Positions 1 through 11,480 of a stretch of DNA of 64,000 nucleotides are shown here, one piece after another. Each line of letters starts with the position of its first letter. The stretch's first letter is position 1. The translations under genes were made by a program, and so were the position numbers. This DNA is from Octopus vulgaris (Eukaryota). The notes under the pieces were generated by a model that was given only the letters and a program-made list of their open reading frames with translations, was not told the origin of the DNA and did not search any database. The stretch spans positions 50,034,001 to 50,098,000 of the forward strand of contig OX597820.1 in assembly GCA_951406725.2 (NCBI GenBank), in the 5' to 3' direction.

Positions 1-329
1 AATATCTGACGTGATGCGCAACAGTAAAAAGATTGTTACTCAAATGATGTATTCGTTATAGAGAGAGAATTGACAAAGTGAATTGAAAAAACAAATCGGT
101 ATGGAAAAGTCTGAAAGCAATTTGGCAGCTGATGCATCAAGATGGATAGCTATGCGTTGCTTCGTTTAATGAACTCGTGTTTCAATTCTAAACTCTCTAA
201 CGTAATAAAGCTAGTCATTCGCAATAACGTACTCCAACACACTTTAAAACTCTCTTGCTCCCATTCTTCTCTTGACCAGCATTCACAGAACGAGATCCAT
301 GGAAGATATACTTTCCAAGTCGCTTACCA

Positions 330-900
330 GCGGGCTGTCCCTTTTGAGGATTTCGGCAAAAACAATGTTGTTGCTCAAGACATCATCAAAGCCTGGAATA
401 GGGTCTGGAATGCAGATCTGTCGTCAAAACATCCTGTGTACAAGTACCACACATCGCTCATATCTCGGATCAAAACGTTTCTTTCAGGTTGCATCATCAT
501 GGCTTGTGCTGAAGGAGATCTTTTTGTTCTGATCTCAGTTAACAGTAGTGCGGCCCCACCAAATCATGTTTTGACCCAATTCTCTTCTTGACCCTATGCT
601 CTTCCTCAATGACCTAACCTTCTAAAGCCATACATAGTCTGTACGCAACTTACATGCCTCGCGATGAACCTGCATTGATTCCTTGAACAGAAAACCAAGA
701 ATATCTTCTAGTGGGGATTTGCCAAGCTGGTCTCTTTTAACAGCAAAAAACATCAAATACTACTCATATCAAGAAAACACCATAGCAATACAAACTTTCT
801 AAATATGAATGGTACTCAGCTAAAGTCTTCACTGGTGCTCAGTGTTCTAAACGTCACTATCACCGAGAATGTTTCCTAGCGAAAGCACACATTTAACTTT
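330..900 (+). mobile_element. Degenerate CR1/L2-group LINE reverse transcriptase fragment
   Basis: ORF 142..591 contains FGKNNVVAQDIIKAWNRVWNADLSSK...IKTFLSG, resembling the LDISKAFDRVWH...SFLS RT motif. Downstream WGFAKLVSFNSKK resembles WG..NLVSFNASKTQ. Stops and frameshifts present. Confidence 0.7.
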
Positions 901-1663
901 GCTTGCACTGCATCTCCAAAGGTGGTTCTTCTCTTCAGGACCAGAAAATATTTCAAGTGAAAAGCGTTTACGTTCTCTTTTCTCCCTCTGTTTTCTCTCA
1001 CCGCAATAATAGACTTTGGCAAGTGTACTGCTTCCTTTAGTCAAGATTCCCCATTCGTTTCTCATTTCTTGTGGCTTTTGGATCCAAATCCACAGGTCCT
1101 ACACTAAAAGATATTCCCCATTCATTCCTCCCGAAAAAAAAAAAATAGCATTCTTGAAGTTCATTCAAACTCATATATAATCTGCATAATTATTTTCAGT
1201 CGTAGAGGGCTTGCGAATGTCACAAGCACTGTCACATCCTCCAAACTGTGTAAATAAAATCCTATTCCAGTCTTGGCTGGAATAGGATTTTGCTGTACTG
1301 TCACATTAAGATTAAGATTTTATTCTACCCATTACCTGTTGCTCGTTGCTGAACACTTTGTATGCAAAAGTAAACCATATTAAATTACATTATCTTGAAA
1401 AGACAAACCAAATCATTAGAGAATATTGGTTTAGATATAGATAGGTGTATTGTTCATATGTAGTTATATCTCTCATTCCATCACAGCGACAGATACAGTC
1501 AATACACTACTGGTTAAAAGTGTTGCAAACGAAAGTATTTTGTAGCAGCGGAGAAGTCTAGACTTAAATAGAGATAAGTGGGGAAGCTTAGACATGTAGA
1601 TGTCGTGCGATTCTGGAGACCAGTTATAAAACTGAATGCATTTGCTAAATGCGTGTAAGTCAC

Positions 1664-1774
1664 GTATGTATGTATGTATGTATGTATGTCTATATGTATG
1701 TATGTATGTATCTATGTATGTATGTATGTATGTATGTATGTATGTATGTATGTATGTATGTATGTATGTATGTC

Positions 1775-1806
<32 letters not shown>

Positions 1807-2023
1807 TGTATGCATGTATGTATGTATGTATGTATGTATGTATGTATGCATGTATGTATGTATGTATGTATGTATATATGTAGGTAGGTAGGTAGATAGG
1901 TAGGTAGGTTTGCATGTATAAATGTATATTTGTACGAACGTATGTCCGCATGTGTATATATATATATATATATATATATTTTCCTGCCTGTATATATGTA
2001 CATGTATTTGCATGTTTGCATCC

Positions 2024-2054
<31 letters not shown>

Positions 2055-2059
2055 TATAC

Positions 2060-2134
<75 letters not shown>
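1664..2134. repeat. Compound microsatellite (TATG)n/(TAGG)n/(TA)n/(TG)n
   Basis: Directly visible tandem repeats. Confidence 0.95.
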
Positions 2135-2137
<3 letters not shown>

Positions 2138-2253
2138 TATTGTATTTCGGGATCGTCACATTTTCTTTTTGCCAAATTAACACACGCACTATATATTCGT
2201 TCTTCACTCGTTTATTACTGTTCTTATTCTGACTTATGTCCATTGTCTGGAAA
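2135..2253 (-). mobile_element. Short 3' tail of a (CA)n-associated PLE-like element (truncated copy of 8990-9165)
   Basis: Near-identical to 8990-9104 (tgtatttcgggatcgtcac...gtccattgtctggaaa). Both copies abut (TG)n. Confidence 0.7.
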
Positions 2254-2506
2254 AGTGTATGTGTGTGTGTGTGTGTGTGTGTGCATAGGCGTAGTTGTGT
2301 GTATGAACGTGTATGCGGGTTTGTGTGCGTATGTGAGTACATTTATATATACATAATATATATAACATATATGCAGAGACAGGCGAGAGTGAAAGAGAGT
2401 ACAGAAATAGATAGAAACACATTCACACATGCAGACTCACACTCACAAGGAATGAAACAGATTGATAGATTGCTAAATAGATAAATATACAGTTAAAAGC
2501 AAAGTT

Positions 2507-2544
<38 letters not shown>

Positions 2545-2580
2545 GTATATGCATATATATAAGTATATGTATATGTATGC

Positions 2581-2615
<35 letters not shown>

Positions 2616-2853
2616 AGTATATATGAATATATGCATATATATACATATATATGTATGTATATAAGCATATAAATATATATAAACACACACACAAACACAC
2701 TGGGACAGATGGACATCTCTAAGCATCACAATGGCATTGCTACATGGCAGGTGTGTGTTTAGTGTTTGGGTAATTTAATCAATTTACTATTTAGGTGGTA
2801 TCTGGTGTAAGAAAAATACGAAGGGTAAATAATTGTCATATATATATGTGTGT

Positions 2854-2918
<65 letters not shown>

Positions 2919-3367
2919 GGATAGGTATTTGTTTTATGAGCATTTAGTGAAGATAAGTAAGGGAGGCGTTTAAGAAAGTTCACTTCACTTTAGCGAAAAT
3001 ACCAAGAAACTATTGTATAATTTGACGTGTAAGTAGAGTCTGAAAATTGGGTGTGGTAGCTAGTATTGTTGAATTGGATAATAACCTTAGATAAAGGTGT
3101 ACCCTTCGTTGTAGGTAATAATTACTCTTATACTTAAGGGGACACCCAAGCAAACATGTCTGCTTGTATATACGTATTTATGTATGTTTGGCTAGTTGGT
3201 TGACTGAATATGTGTGTGTATACGCACACACATGTACATAATACGTATTCACGCAATAACAAACTCGTATACACACACATATGCGTACATACTCATGCAC
3301 ATGCATATCTATATACATAAGAATATATGCATATATGTGTAGGTTTCAATGAATGCATACAAGTACA

Positions 3368-3404
3368 TATCTATCCATCCATCTATCTATCTATCTATCT
3401 ATCA

Positions 3405-3454
<50 letters not shown>

Positions 3455-3869
3455 ATATCTATCTATCTATCTATGTATCTATCTATCTATCTATCTATCA
3501 TCTATCTATGTGCATATAAACTCATATATACCTATATGTACATCACAACATTCACATACACATACATATTCATTTACATATATGTGCATTCGTGGTAACA
3601 TACATATGTACATAAACATACATCATTGGTATAATATTACATTCAAGTGTTGTTAGCATTGATAGAATTCAAGTGAAGATTGTATGGGAGTTCTTGAAGT
3701 TTCTTTTATCTTAAGTGAAGTTTTATGCAGTAGTGTTAGGGTTGGTTGTAGTGAATAGTGATGAGACGAAGCCAGCGGCTATTTGCTAGACTCTGAATAC
3801 ATACATACACGCATGTACACTCACATGATACACACACATACACAACACACCTACACCCACATAATAGAC

Positions 3870-3944
<75 letters not shown>

Positions 3945-3957
3945 CAGACAGATAGAT
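3368..3957. repeat. (TATC)n at 3368-3510 and (GATA)n at about 3865-3957
   Basis: Directly visible tandem repeats in opposite orientation. Confidence 0.9.
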
Positions 3958-4367
3958 TGATATTAGCGACAGAAGCATTATTAATACCAACAACTAACCT
4001 TTGTGCCTATCTCAACGCGGATGTTTTCTTAGAATACCGAATATTGGTATATTTACCTTGAGAGGACCTCTCATATGGGCGCATAACGTATAAAAGCACA
4101 AATATTCATATCGTTGGCAGACGAGAGTTGTTTGTTACGGTAGTCGGAACAGACAGATCATCAGATTTTGACCTACCAATTCTCCTCAGTGGCAGACGTC
4201 TTATAACAGTAGCAACAGCAGCAACAACAACAACATATCTACAGCATACAGAATTTCAGTGTCTTTTCAGGGGTAGATGTGAACCGGTTGTTAAACCGTT
4301 ACCGGATGACTTCCATTGAGGAGACCGGGTAGATCAAAATTACGTAATCTGGATTTTATACAAGTAT

Positions 4368-4566
4368 GAGTACCGTTGGCAATTTTTTTCCTCCGTCTTC
4401 CCTTCCTTGGATCTTTCCTTTTCCTATATTTCTGGCGAAGAGCTCCGCTCGAAACGTTAAATCCTCCTTCTTTCTTTCCTTTTCTGAGCGTCCAATAACA
4501 CTATACTTGTTCCACGTCCTCGCGTTGTTGTGTTTTCTCTTTGTGTTTTCATGTTGGGATTAACTC

Positions 4567-4568
<2 letters not shown>
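4368..4568 (+). mobile_element. ~200-nt non-autonomous PLE-derived module (family A) ending in (TA)n
   Basis: Similar to 14190-14388(-) and 43505-43702(+). Contains a hammerhead-like motif and runs into (TA)n at its 3' end. Confidence 0.75.
4428..4462 (+). ncRNA. Minimal type-I hammerhead ribozyme-like motif (degenerate core)
   Basis: ATTT-CTGGCGA-A-GAGC tcc GCTC-GAAAC-GTT-AAAT: stem I, core, stem II, GAAA, palindromic stem III. Confidence 0.6.
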
Positions 4569-4637
<69 letters not shown>

Positions 4638-4723
4638 AATCCAAACGGGAAACAAAAAAACAACAACAAGGGAACAATTACAGTATTATTATTAATAGGC
4701 GCTCAGGAAATGGAAGCAGGGAG

Positions 4724-4758
4724 GTATGACGTTTCGAGCGGAGCTCTTCGTCGGAAAC
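4724..4758 (-). ncRNA. Minimal type-I hammerhead ribozyme-like motif, CCGACGA core, GUC triplet
   Basis: Minus strand: GTTT-CCGACGA-A-GAGC tcc GCTC-GAAAC-GTC-ATAC. Confidence 0.65.
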
Positions 4759-7656
4759 ATAAAGAAGGAAGAGAGAGGAAAGAAAGATCCCGGAGCGGGC
4801 AACGGAGATAGAGAAAAAAACGGCTGGTGTTAGGAGTAGCACATGGTGAAAGGCGGATGTTTACGATAACAAGAGCAAAGTGGGTTTTTAAAGGCAAAAG
4901 AGTGGAGACAAGGTTGGTAACGCAACAGATGTGTGTGTATGTGTGAGTGTGTGCGTGTGCGTGTGTGTATGTGTGTGTGTGAGGCGAGGTAAAAAAACAA
5001 AAAATACATGTATGTGTTAGTGTGTGCGTCTGTGTGTAGGCGTGTGAGGTAGGGCGAGACGGTGGTCAGCATAGCAGCAGCATAGTAGACAAAGGTCAGT
5101 AGTGAGAAAAGGGAGGAAGGAGGAAGGGAGGGAGGGGAAGGGGTGGGGGCGTATGTAGCGTGCCAGCGTGTGTTGAGTAGTAGTGTGTGTGTGTGTCCAG
5201 TGTCGTGGTAGTATTAGTGGCGAGTAGATTGAATGTGTGTAAGAGTGATGTATATGTTTAAGCAATGTGTGTATATGTGTGCGCGTGTGTGTAACGAAAA
5301 AAAGGGGGGGTTAGGAAAAGGACTCCAGCGGAGGGGAAGATGGAAGAGTGGTCCCGCGGAGACGGGCGTGGGAAAACCCAACGACAAGCGACATCCCAGG
5401 AACGGGCGGGAGGTCTCGTCGGGTCCAAGGGCGAGGTGCATGCGGGGCGCATGCGTGCGCGAACCGGCGCAAACGCGTGTGTGCGCGAGCCTGCGAGTGT
5501 GCGTGTACGTATGTGTGCGTGTGGATGTGTGAGTGTGTCTGTGTGTATGTCTGGGTGGCAGTGTGTCCGATGAATGTATGTGAGTATGTGTGTATATATG
5601 TGTGTGCATAGATGTATGTCCGTGTGTGTGTGTGTGTGTGTATGTGTGTATGAGTGTGTATGTATGTACGTGTGGGTGTGGGGAAGTGTGTGTATGTGCA
5701 TGTGTGTGCGCGAACATACAGGTGTGTGAGTGAGTGCGTGTGTGTGTATGTATGTGTGAGTGTGTATGTATGTGTGTGTAGGATGCATGTATGTGTATGG
5801 GTGTATGTATGCGTGTGTGTATGTATGTATGTGTACGTGCGTGTGTGTGTGTGTATGCGTGTAGGTGTGCGCGTGTGCATGCGTGCATGTATGTGCGTAT
5901 GTGTGTGTGTGTGCATGTGTGTGGGTATATATGTGTGTGCGTATATGTGTGTGTATGTGCGTACATGTGTGTGTGTGTGCATGTGTGTGTGTAGGTGTGT
6001 AGGCGTGTGTGTATAGGTGTATGTATGTAAGTATGTATGGGTGTGTCCGTGTATGTGTGTATGTATGTGTGTGTATGTAGCTGTGTGGGCGTGTGTATAT
6101 GTGTGTGTATGTAGGTGTGTAGGCGTGTGTATATAGGTGTATGTATGTATGTCTGGGTGTGTCCGTGCATGTTTGTGTGTGTGTGTGTGTATGCATGTGT
6201 ATGTAGGTGTGTGTGTACGTGTGTAATGTATGTGTGTATGCGTGTGTATGCGTGCGTGTGTGTATGTAGGTGCGTGTGTATGTGTGTGGGAGTGTAGGTG
6301 TGTGTGTGCGTGTGCGTGTTTATGTTGGTGTGTGCGTATGTGAGTGTGAGTGTATGAGTGTTTGTCATGCATGTGTGTGCGCGTGCAGGTGAGTGTGTGT
6401 GTAAGTATGTGTGTGTGTATGTTTGTGTGAGTGTGTATGTGTGTATGTCTGTGTGTATGTATGTGCGTATAGGAGTATGTAGGTATGTGTGTGTGTATGT
6501 ATATGGGTGTATGTATGTATGTGTGTGTGTGTGCATGTGTATAAGTATATGCGTGTGTGCGTATGTGTGTGTATGTGTATGTGTGTGTGTTTATGTATGT
6601 GTGTATGTATGTGTGTAGGCGTGAGTGTGTAGATGTATGTATGTATGGGTGTGTGTCAGTGTGTGTTTGTGTGTGTGTAGGTAGATGTGTGTGTCTGAGT
6701 GAGGGTATGGCTGTGTAGGTGTGTGTGTGTATGAATGTAAGTGTGTGTGTATACAAGTGTAATGTATGTATGTGGGTGTGTGTGTGTGTGTATGTGTACG
6801 TGTGCGTGTGTATGTGTGTGTGTGTATGCGTGTGAGTGTGGGTGTATGGGTGTATGTCTGTGTGTGTGTATGTCTGAAGTGGGTATGTGTGTGTATGTAT
6901 GTATGTGTGTGTGTGTGCGGGTATGTGTGTGTGTGTATGTGTGTGTGTGAGTAGGTGTGCGTGTATGTATGTGGGTAGGGATGCATGCGAGTGTGTGGGT
7001 ATGTATGCAAACATACGCAAGCGCACATCCGAAGCAAGCCCACACACACGAAGCGCGCTCGCGCACACAACGCACAAGCAGTGCAACGCAAGCCCAAAGG
7101 GGCCGACCGAGCCCCCAGCGCGCGCCAAGGCGCGCGAGCGCAAAGGCCCTCGAACGCCCCGCTACGCGGGAACCGAGGATCCATCAGCCAAAACCGGAAA
7201 GCAGAAAAGAGGGGGGGGGGCTGCCTGGATGCAAAAAGGTGTATGTGTGTGTGCATTCAGTGTACGGGTGTGCATGTGTGGGTATGTATGTATGTATGTG
7301 CCTACATGTATGTGTGCATGTGTGTGTGTGTGAAGTATGTACGTGCGGTGTGTGTGTGTGAGTGTGTGTGTATGTATGTGCGTATGTATGTGTGTGTGTA
7401 TGTGTGTATGTATGTCTGTGTGTGTGTGTGTGTGTGTGTAAGTATGTATGCGTGTGTGTATGTATGTATGTGTGTGTGTATGTGCATGTGTGTCTGTAAG
7501 TGTGTGTGATTAAATGTGTGAATGTATGTACGTAGATGGGTCTACGTATGTGTGTGTGTGAACAGGCGTGTGGGAGGTAGGTAGGTGGGTGGGAGGTAGG
7601 TGGGTGGGTGTGTGTGGGTGGTGTGTCCGGAAAAAAAAAAAAAAAAAAAAACGGTC

Positions 7657-8835
7657 TCAAGAGGAGGGGGCTGTGTTAAGTCCGTGTGGGGTGGTAGTTT
7701 GTAGGGTAAAGATGTAGCGTTGCTCCAAGTGGAGCCTGGAAAGTGGGCGACCATTGTGGGGGGCGAGACCAAACACTGAGATGTCATCTCGGGAATGGCC
7801 GGCCGAGCGGAAGTGGCGTGCGACGGGAGAAAAAGAGTGTAGGCGAACGTCCCTCAAGTGTTCAGTGAAACGGTCGGACAACCGGCGTCCCGTCTGACCT
7901 ACATACAGCATCCCGCATAGGTTGCATTTAATGCAGTAAATAAGGCCAGACGAGGTGCACGTAAAAGAGTGCCTAATGCGTACAGTATGCAGGTTGGAGC
8001 CGGTGACAGCGGTGGTGTTTGTGATGAAGGGGCAAGTGTTGCAGCGGGATCTAGAGCAAGGGAATGATCCGTGTGGGGCTGAGGGGGAAGGGGAGAGGGT
8101 GCTGTGGACCAGGAGGTCACGCAGATTGCGGGCTCGTTTGAAAGAGGACAGGGGTGGGTTAGGGAAAATGGGGCGGGTGGTGGGATCAAGCTGGAGGCGA
8201 CGGAAGGCACGTAGTATCTTGCGACGAAGGGGTAGGGTAGAGGGGTGGAAAAGGAGGGGAAGGGGGTGCGGTTGGGGGGTGGGCGGGGGGAAGGAGACAA
8301 GGCGGTAGTGCGGTCGATGCGACGGGCGCGGGTGAGGGCATCAGAGAGGAGTGTGGGTGGGTAACCTCGGAGTCTGAACATGCGGGCCAGGTATTGAGAT
8401 TGGGTCTCGAAATCCTGGTCGCGGCTGCACAAACGTCGGAGGCGGAGGAACTGGGAGTAGGGGATGGCTCGTTTGGTGTGGAAGGGGTGGGAGGAAGAGA
8501 AGTTGAGATAGAGGTGGGAATCCGTAGGTTTAAAGAAGGCGGTGGTGGTGAGAGAGCTGGAGGGGTGATCGATGCGGAGAGAGATGTCAAGGAAGTTGAC
8601 AGAGGTGTTGGAGATGGTGGAGGTGAATTGAAGAGAGGGGTGAAAGTTGGAAAGGAAAGAGATGAATTGGCCGAGAAGTTCCCGGGAAAGGGAGGTGGCA
8701 CCTACACAGTCGTCGATATAGCGACCGTATAGTTCGGGGGTCGGCCCAGAGAACTGGGAGAACACTTGGGCCTCAATGTAGCCAAGAAAGAGATTGGCGA
8801 AATTGGGGCCCATCCTAGTTCCCATCGCGACCCCG

Positions 8836-8837
<2 letters not shown>
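7657..8837 (-). pseudogene. PLE polyprotein C-terminal half (RT motifs B-E, thumb, CxxxxCxxC linker, GIY-YIG endonuclease) with one apparent frameshift near 8265
   Basis: [67 protein letters not shown]. The second frame gives PCSRSRCNTCP...FTCTSSGLIYCIKCNLCGMLYVGQTGRRLSDRFTEHLRDV. Confidence 0.92.
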
Positions 8838-8876
<39 letters not shown>

Positions 8877-8892
8877 CCATCTATCTATGTGC

Positions 8893-8934
<42 letters not shown>

Positions 8935-8950
8935 CCATCTATCTATGTGC

Positions 8951-8989
<39 letters not shown>

Positions 8990-8991
<2 letters not shown>

Positions 8992-9165
8992 GTATTTCGG
9001 GATCGTCACTTTTTTCTTTTTGCCAAATAAACACACGCACTATATATTCGTTCTTCACTCGTTTATTACTGTTCTTATTCTAATCTATGTCCATTGTCTG
9101 GAAATCTTTCGTCACACATCTGTGACTTCTTCGGCGACATTTTCCCTCTCCGTGAGACAGAATGT
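8990..9165 (-). mobile_element. PLE-derived 3' module ending in (CA)n, with hammerhead-like motif at 9096-9138
   Basis: Minus strand: GTCG-CCGAAGA-A-GTCAC agatgt GTGAC-GAAA-GATTTC-CAGAC, then about 105 nt of tail into (CA)n. Confidence 0.65.
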
Positions 9166-9169
9166 GTCA

Positions 9170-10050
9170 CTGAGAAAAAAAAGCAAACAAAAATCTTTTG
9201 GACGTGGCACAAGCAATGTATTAATAATACGCTTAGAGATGGAAAAGAGTAGAAATTTATACATTTCGAGCATAGCTCATCTTCGGAAACTGGGAGAAAC
9301 AGGAATGTCCAAGACGAAGGAGGAAACAGGTCGAAATGAAGAGAAAAAGATAGAGAAAAGCTTTCTGGAACAGCAGAGTGGGAAAATGGTCAGTTTGTCT
9401 GTGCACACGCGTGGGTATTGTAGCGTGCGGCGTGTGTAATAGTATGGTAGTGTGCGTGTGTGTGTGGCAGTGACTGCATGTATGTGTGTGTGTATGTTAG
9501 CGTGTGGTAGTAACCGTAGGTATGCGTGTGAGTGCGTGGTAGCGTGTGTGTGTGTGGTAGCGTGTGTGTGTGTGCGTGGTATTAACTGTGTATGTGTTTG
9601 TGTTTGTGTGTGAGTGTGTACGTGTGTGTGTGTGTGTGTGTGTGGTAGGATCTGTGTGCATATGTGTGTGTGTGTTAACGTCGCTCTTAGAGATCAGCAG
9701 CTATAGAGACAGGTGTGAGAATGGTTTTATGTGACAGTATGTGCGTAGATGGAGGGTCAATAGTGGGTCAGAGGCAGTCAGAACAGGGTGTGAGAATGGA
9801 TGGGTGTGGTTGTAGAGGGTCGAGAAGGAGTGTGTGTGTGTGTGGGAGATGCGTGCGTGTGGCCAAGAGTGTGGGTTTATTGTGCGGGTGTGTGTGTGTA
9901 CGTGCGCATGTGTGTGTAAGCGTGCATGAGAGCGCGCGTGTTTGTGTGTTCGTTTGTGAGAGTGTCGGTGTTTGTATGCGTGTGCGCTCGGGGGTGTGCG
10001 TCCGTATATGCGTGTGGGTGTGTGTGTATGTGATGTGTGGTGTAGGAATA
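9170..10050 (-). mobile_element. PLE-like 3' tail (related to family A) with hammerhead-like motif at 9254-9290
   Basis: Minus strand: GTTT-CCGAAGA-T-GAGC tat GCTC-GAAAT-GTA-TAAAT. Shares ggacgtgg...gtatta...acgct blocks with family A. The upstream degenerate (CA)n resembles 4830-7600. Confidence 0.6.
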
Positions 10051-10312
10051 TAAAAAATATAAATGATACAAATAAAAATTGCGAAAAATAAAATTAATAT
10101 GTATAATACATTATAAATAATGAAAATTTATGAAAAATGAAAAAAATTAAAATTAGTAATAAAAACATGAAAAAATGAAAAAAATAGTAATTATAATAAA
10201 ATAACAATATGAAAAGGATTAATTGAATGATTCAGTATCATATATATATTGTAGCGTGCGGCGTGTGTAATAGCGTATATATATATATATGTATATATAT
10301 ATATGGCACAAA

Positions 10313-10417
<105 letters not shown>

Positions 10418-11087
10418 TTTTCCCACCTTGTCATAAACAATATGAATAATAACAGAACCAAATGTCATTCATGTTATTTTGTTACGTTTTTAGGTAACAC
10501 CGAACTTTTATTGTATGCATAAGTACAAATATGTGAGTATATATGCTTGTACGATTGTGTATGTGTATGAGGGAAAGCGTATGCGTATTTACGTCTGTAG
10601 ACGATTATTTCTTCATCTATCGTATCTTTTGTTTTCCTTGGAAGACAGCCATATCTCGTCTGTTGTGTTTTATACTCCATTAAAAAAACACATTTATTGA
10701 GAAGTTACCGCCTTTGAGCTTGTTTCTTTCGTCCTATTTCCCTTTTCCATCTACAAATAAACGCATACAAATAAACGCTCATATGGGCACTAGCATTAAC
10801 ACAATGCTCAACCACACACATATATACTTACATCTATATATTTCATTGCGTGCACGGGCGTGTTTGTATAGCAGAAAAGGCAGTGCTAAAGATACTATCA
10901 CATTATAAGTGTTCTTTTCTTTCGACATATTAAGTTTTGTATTTTGCAATAAATGTTAATTTGTATATCCACTGACGAGTGTATTTCATGAAACAGAGGT
11001 TGGTTGCTTGTGTGCTAAGCCTGCGAGCCAGTTTCTATTCTAGATAGATTCAAATACACTTATTTTTACATTAATAATGACCAAAAT

Positions 11088-11480
11088 AATCCTTTCTACT
11101 AAAGAACAAGGCCTATAATTTTGAGGAAGGGAACCAGTCGATTACCTTGACCTCAGTGTTTCACTGGTAATTAATTGGTAATTCATTCATCGACCCCAGA
11201 AAAGATGAAAGGCAAAGTCGAGCTCGGCGGAATTTGAACACAGACCGTGGCGAGGGGACGATCAAGGACAGACAAACGGATTAAGTCGATTACATCAACC
11301 CCAGTGCGTAACTGGTACTTAATTTATCGACCCCGAAAGGATGAAAGGTAAAGTCGACCTCGGCGGAATTTGAACTCAGAACGTAACGGCAGACGAAATA
11401 CCGCTAAGTATTTTGCCTGGCGTGTTAACGTTTCTGCCAGCTTGCCACCTTCGGCTTGCTAACGATTCAACCAGCTCACC
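11088..11480 (-). mobile_element. tRNA-derived SINE with Meta-like domain, tandem or nested copies
   Basis: Two copies of the reverse complement of gttcaaattccgccgaggtcgactttgcctttcatcctttcggggtcgataaattaagtaccag, plus a Pol III box-like head. Confidence 0.8.

Larger units (their letters stand above)
4633..8838 (-). mobile_element. 5'-truncated Neptune-type Penelope-like retroelement with ~3-kb microsatellite-like 3' tail and terminal hammerhead motif
   Basis: RT-ZnF-GIY-YIG coding region at 8837-7657, then a continuous degenerate (CA/TA)-rich tail, a hammerhead motif at 4724-4758 and a 3' end in (TA)n at about 4632. Continuity of the tail with the ORF is inferred. Confidence 0.75.

Noticed and set aside
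1490-1660. Minus-strand IQFYNWSPES...LSLFKSRL resembling a LINE ORF2 C-terminus
   Set aside because: Too short and degenerate to list as a feature.
4080-4100. TATAAAAG box-like motif
   Set aside because: Expected by chance in AT-rich DNA, and no downstream gene is evident.
5214-7660. Long His/Thr/Tyr- or Cys/Val-rich ORFs (up to 610 aa)
   Set aside because: They are translations of (CA)n/(TG)n-like sequence that lacks stop codons. No protein-like features.
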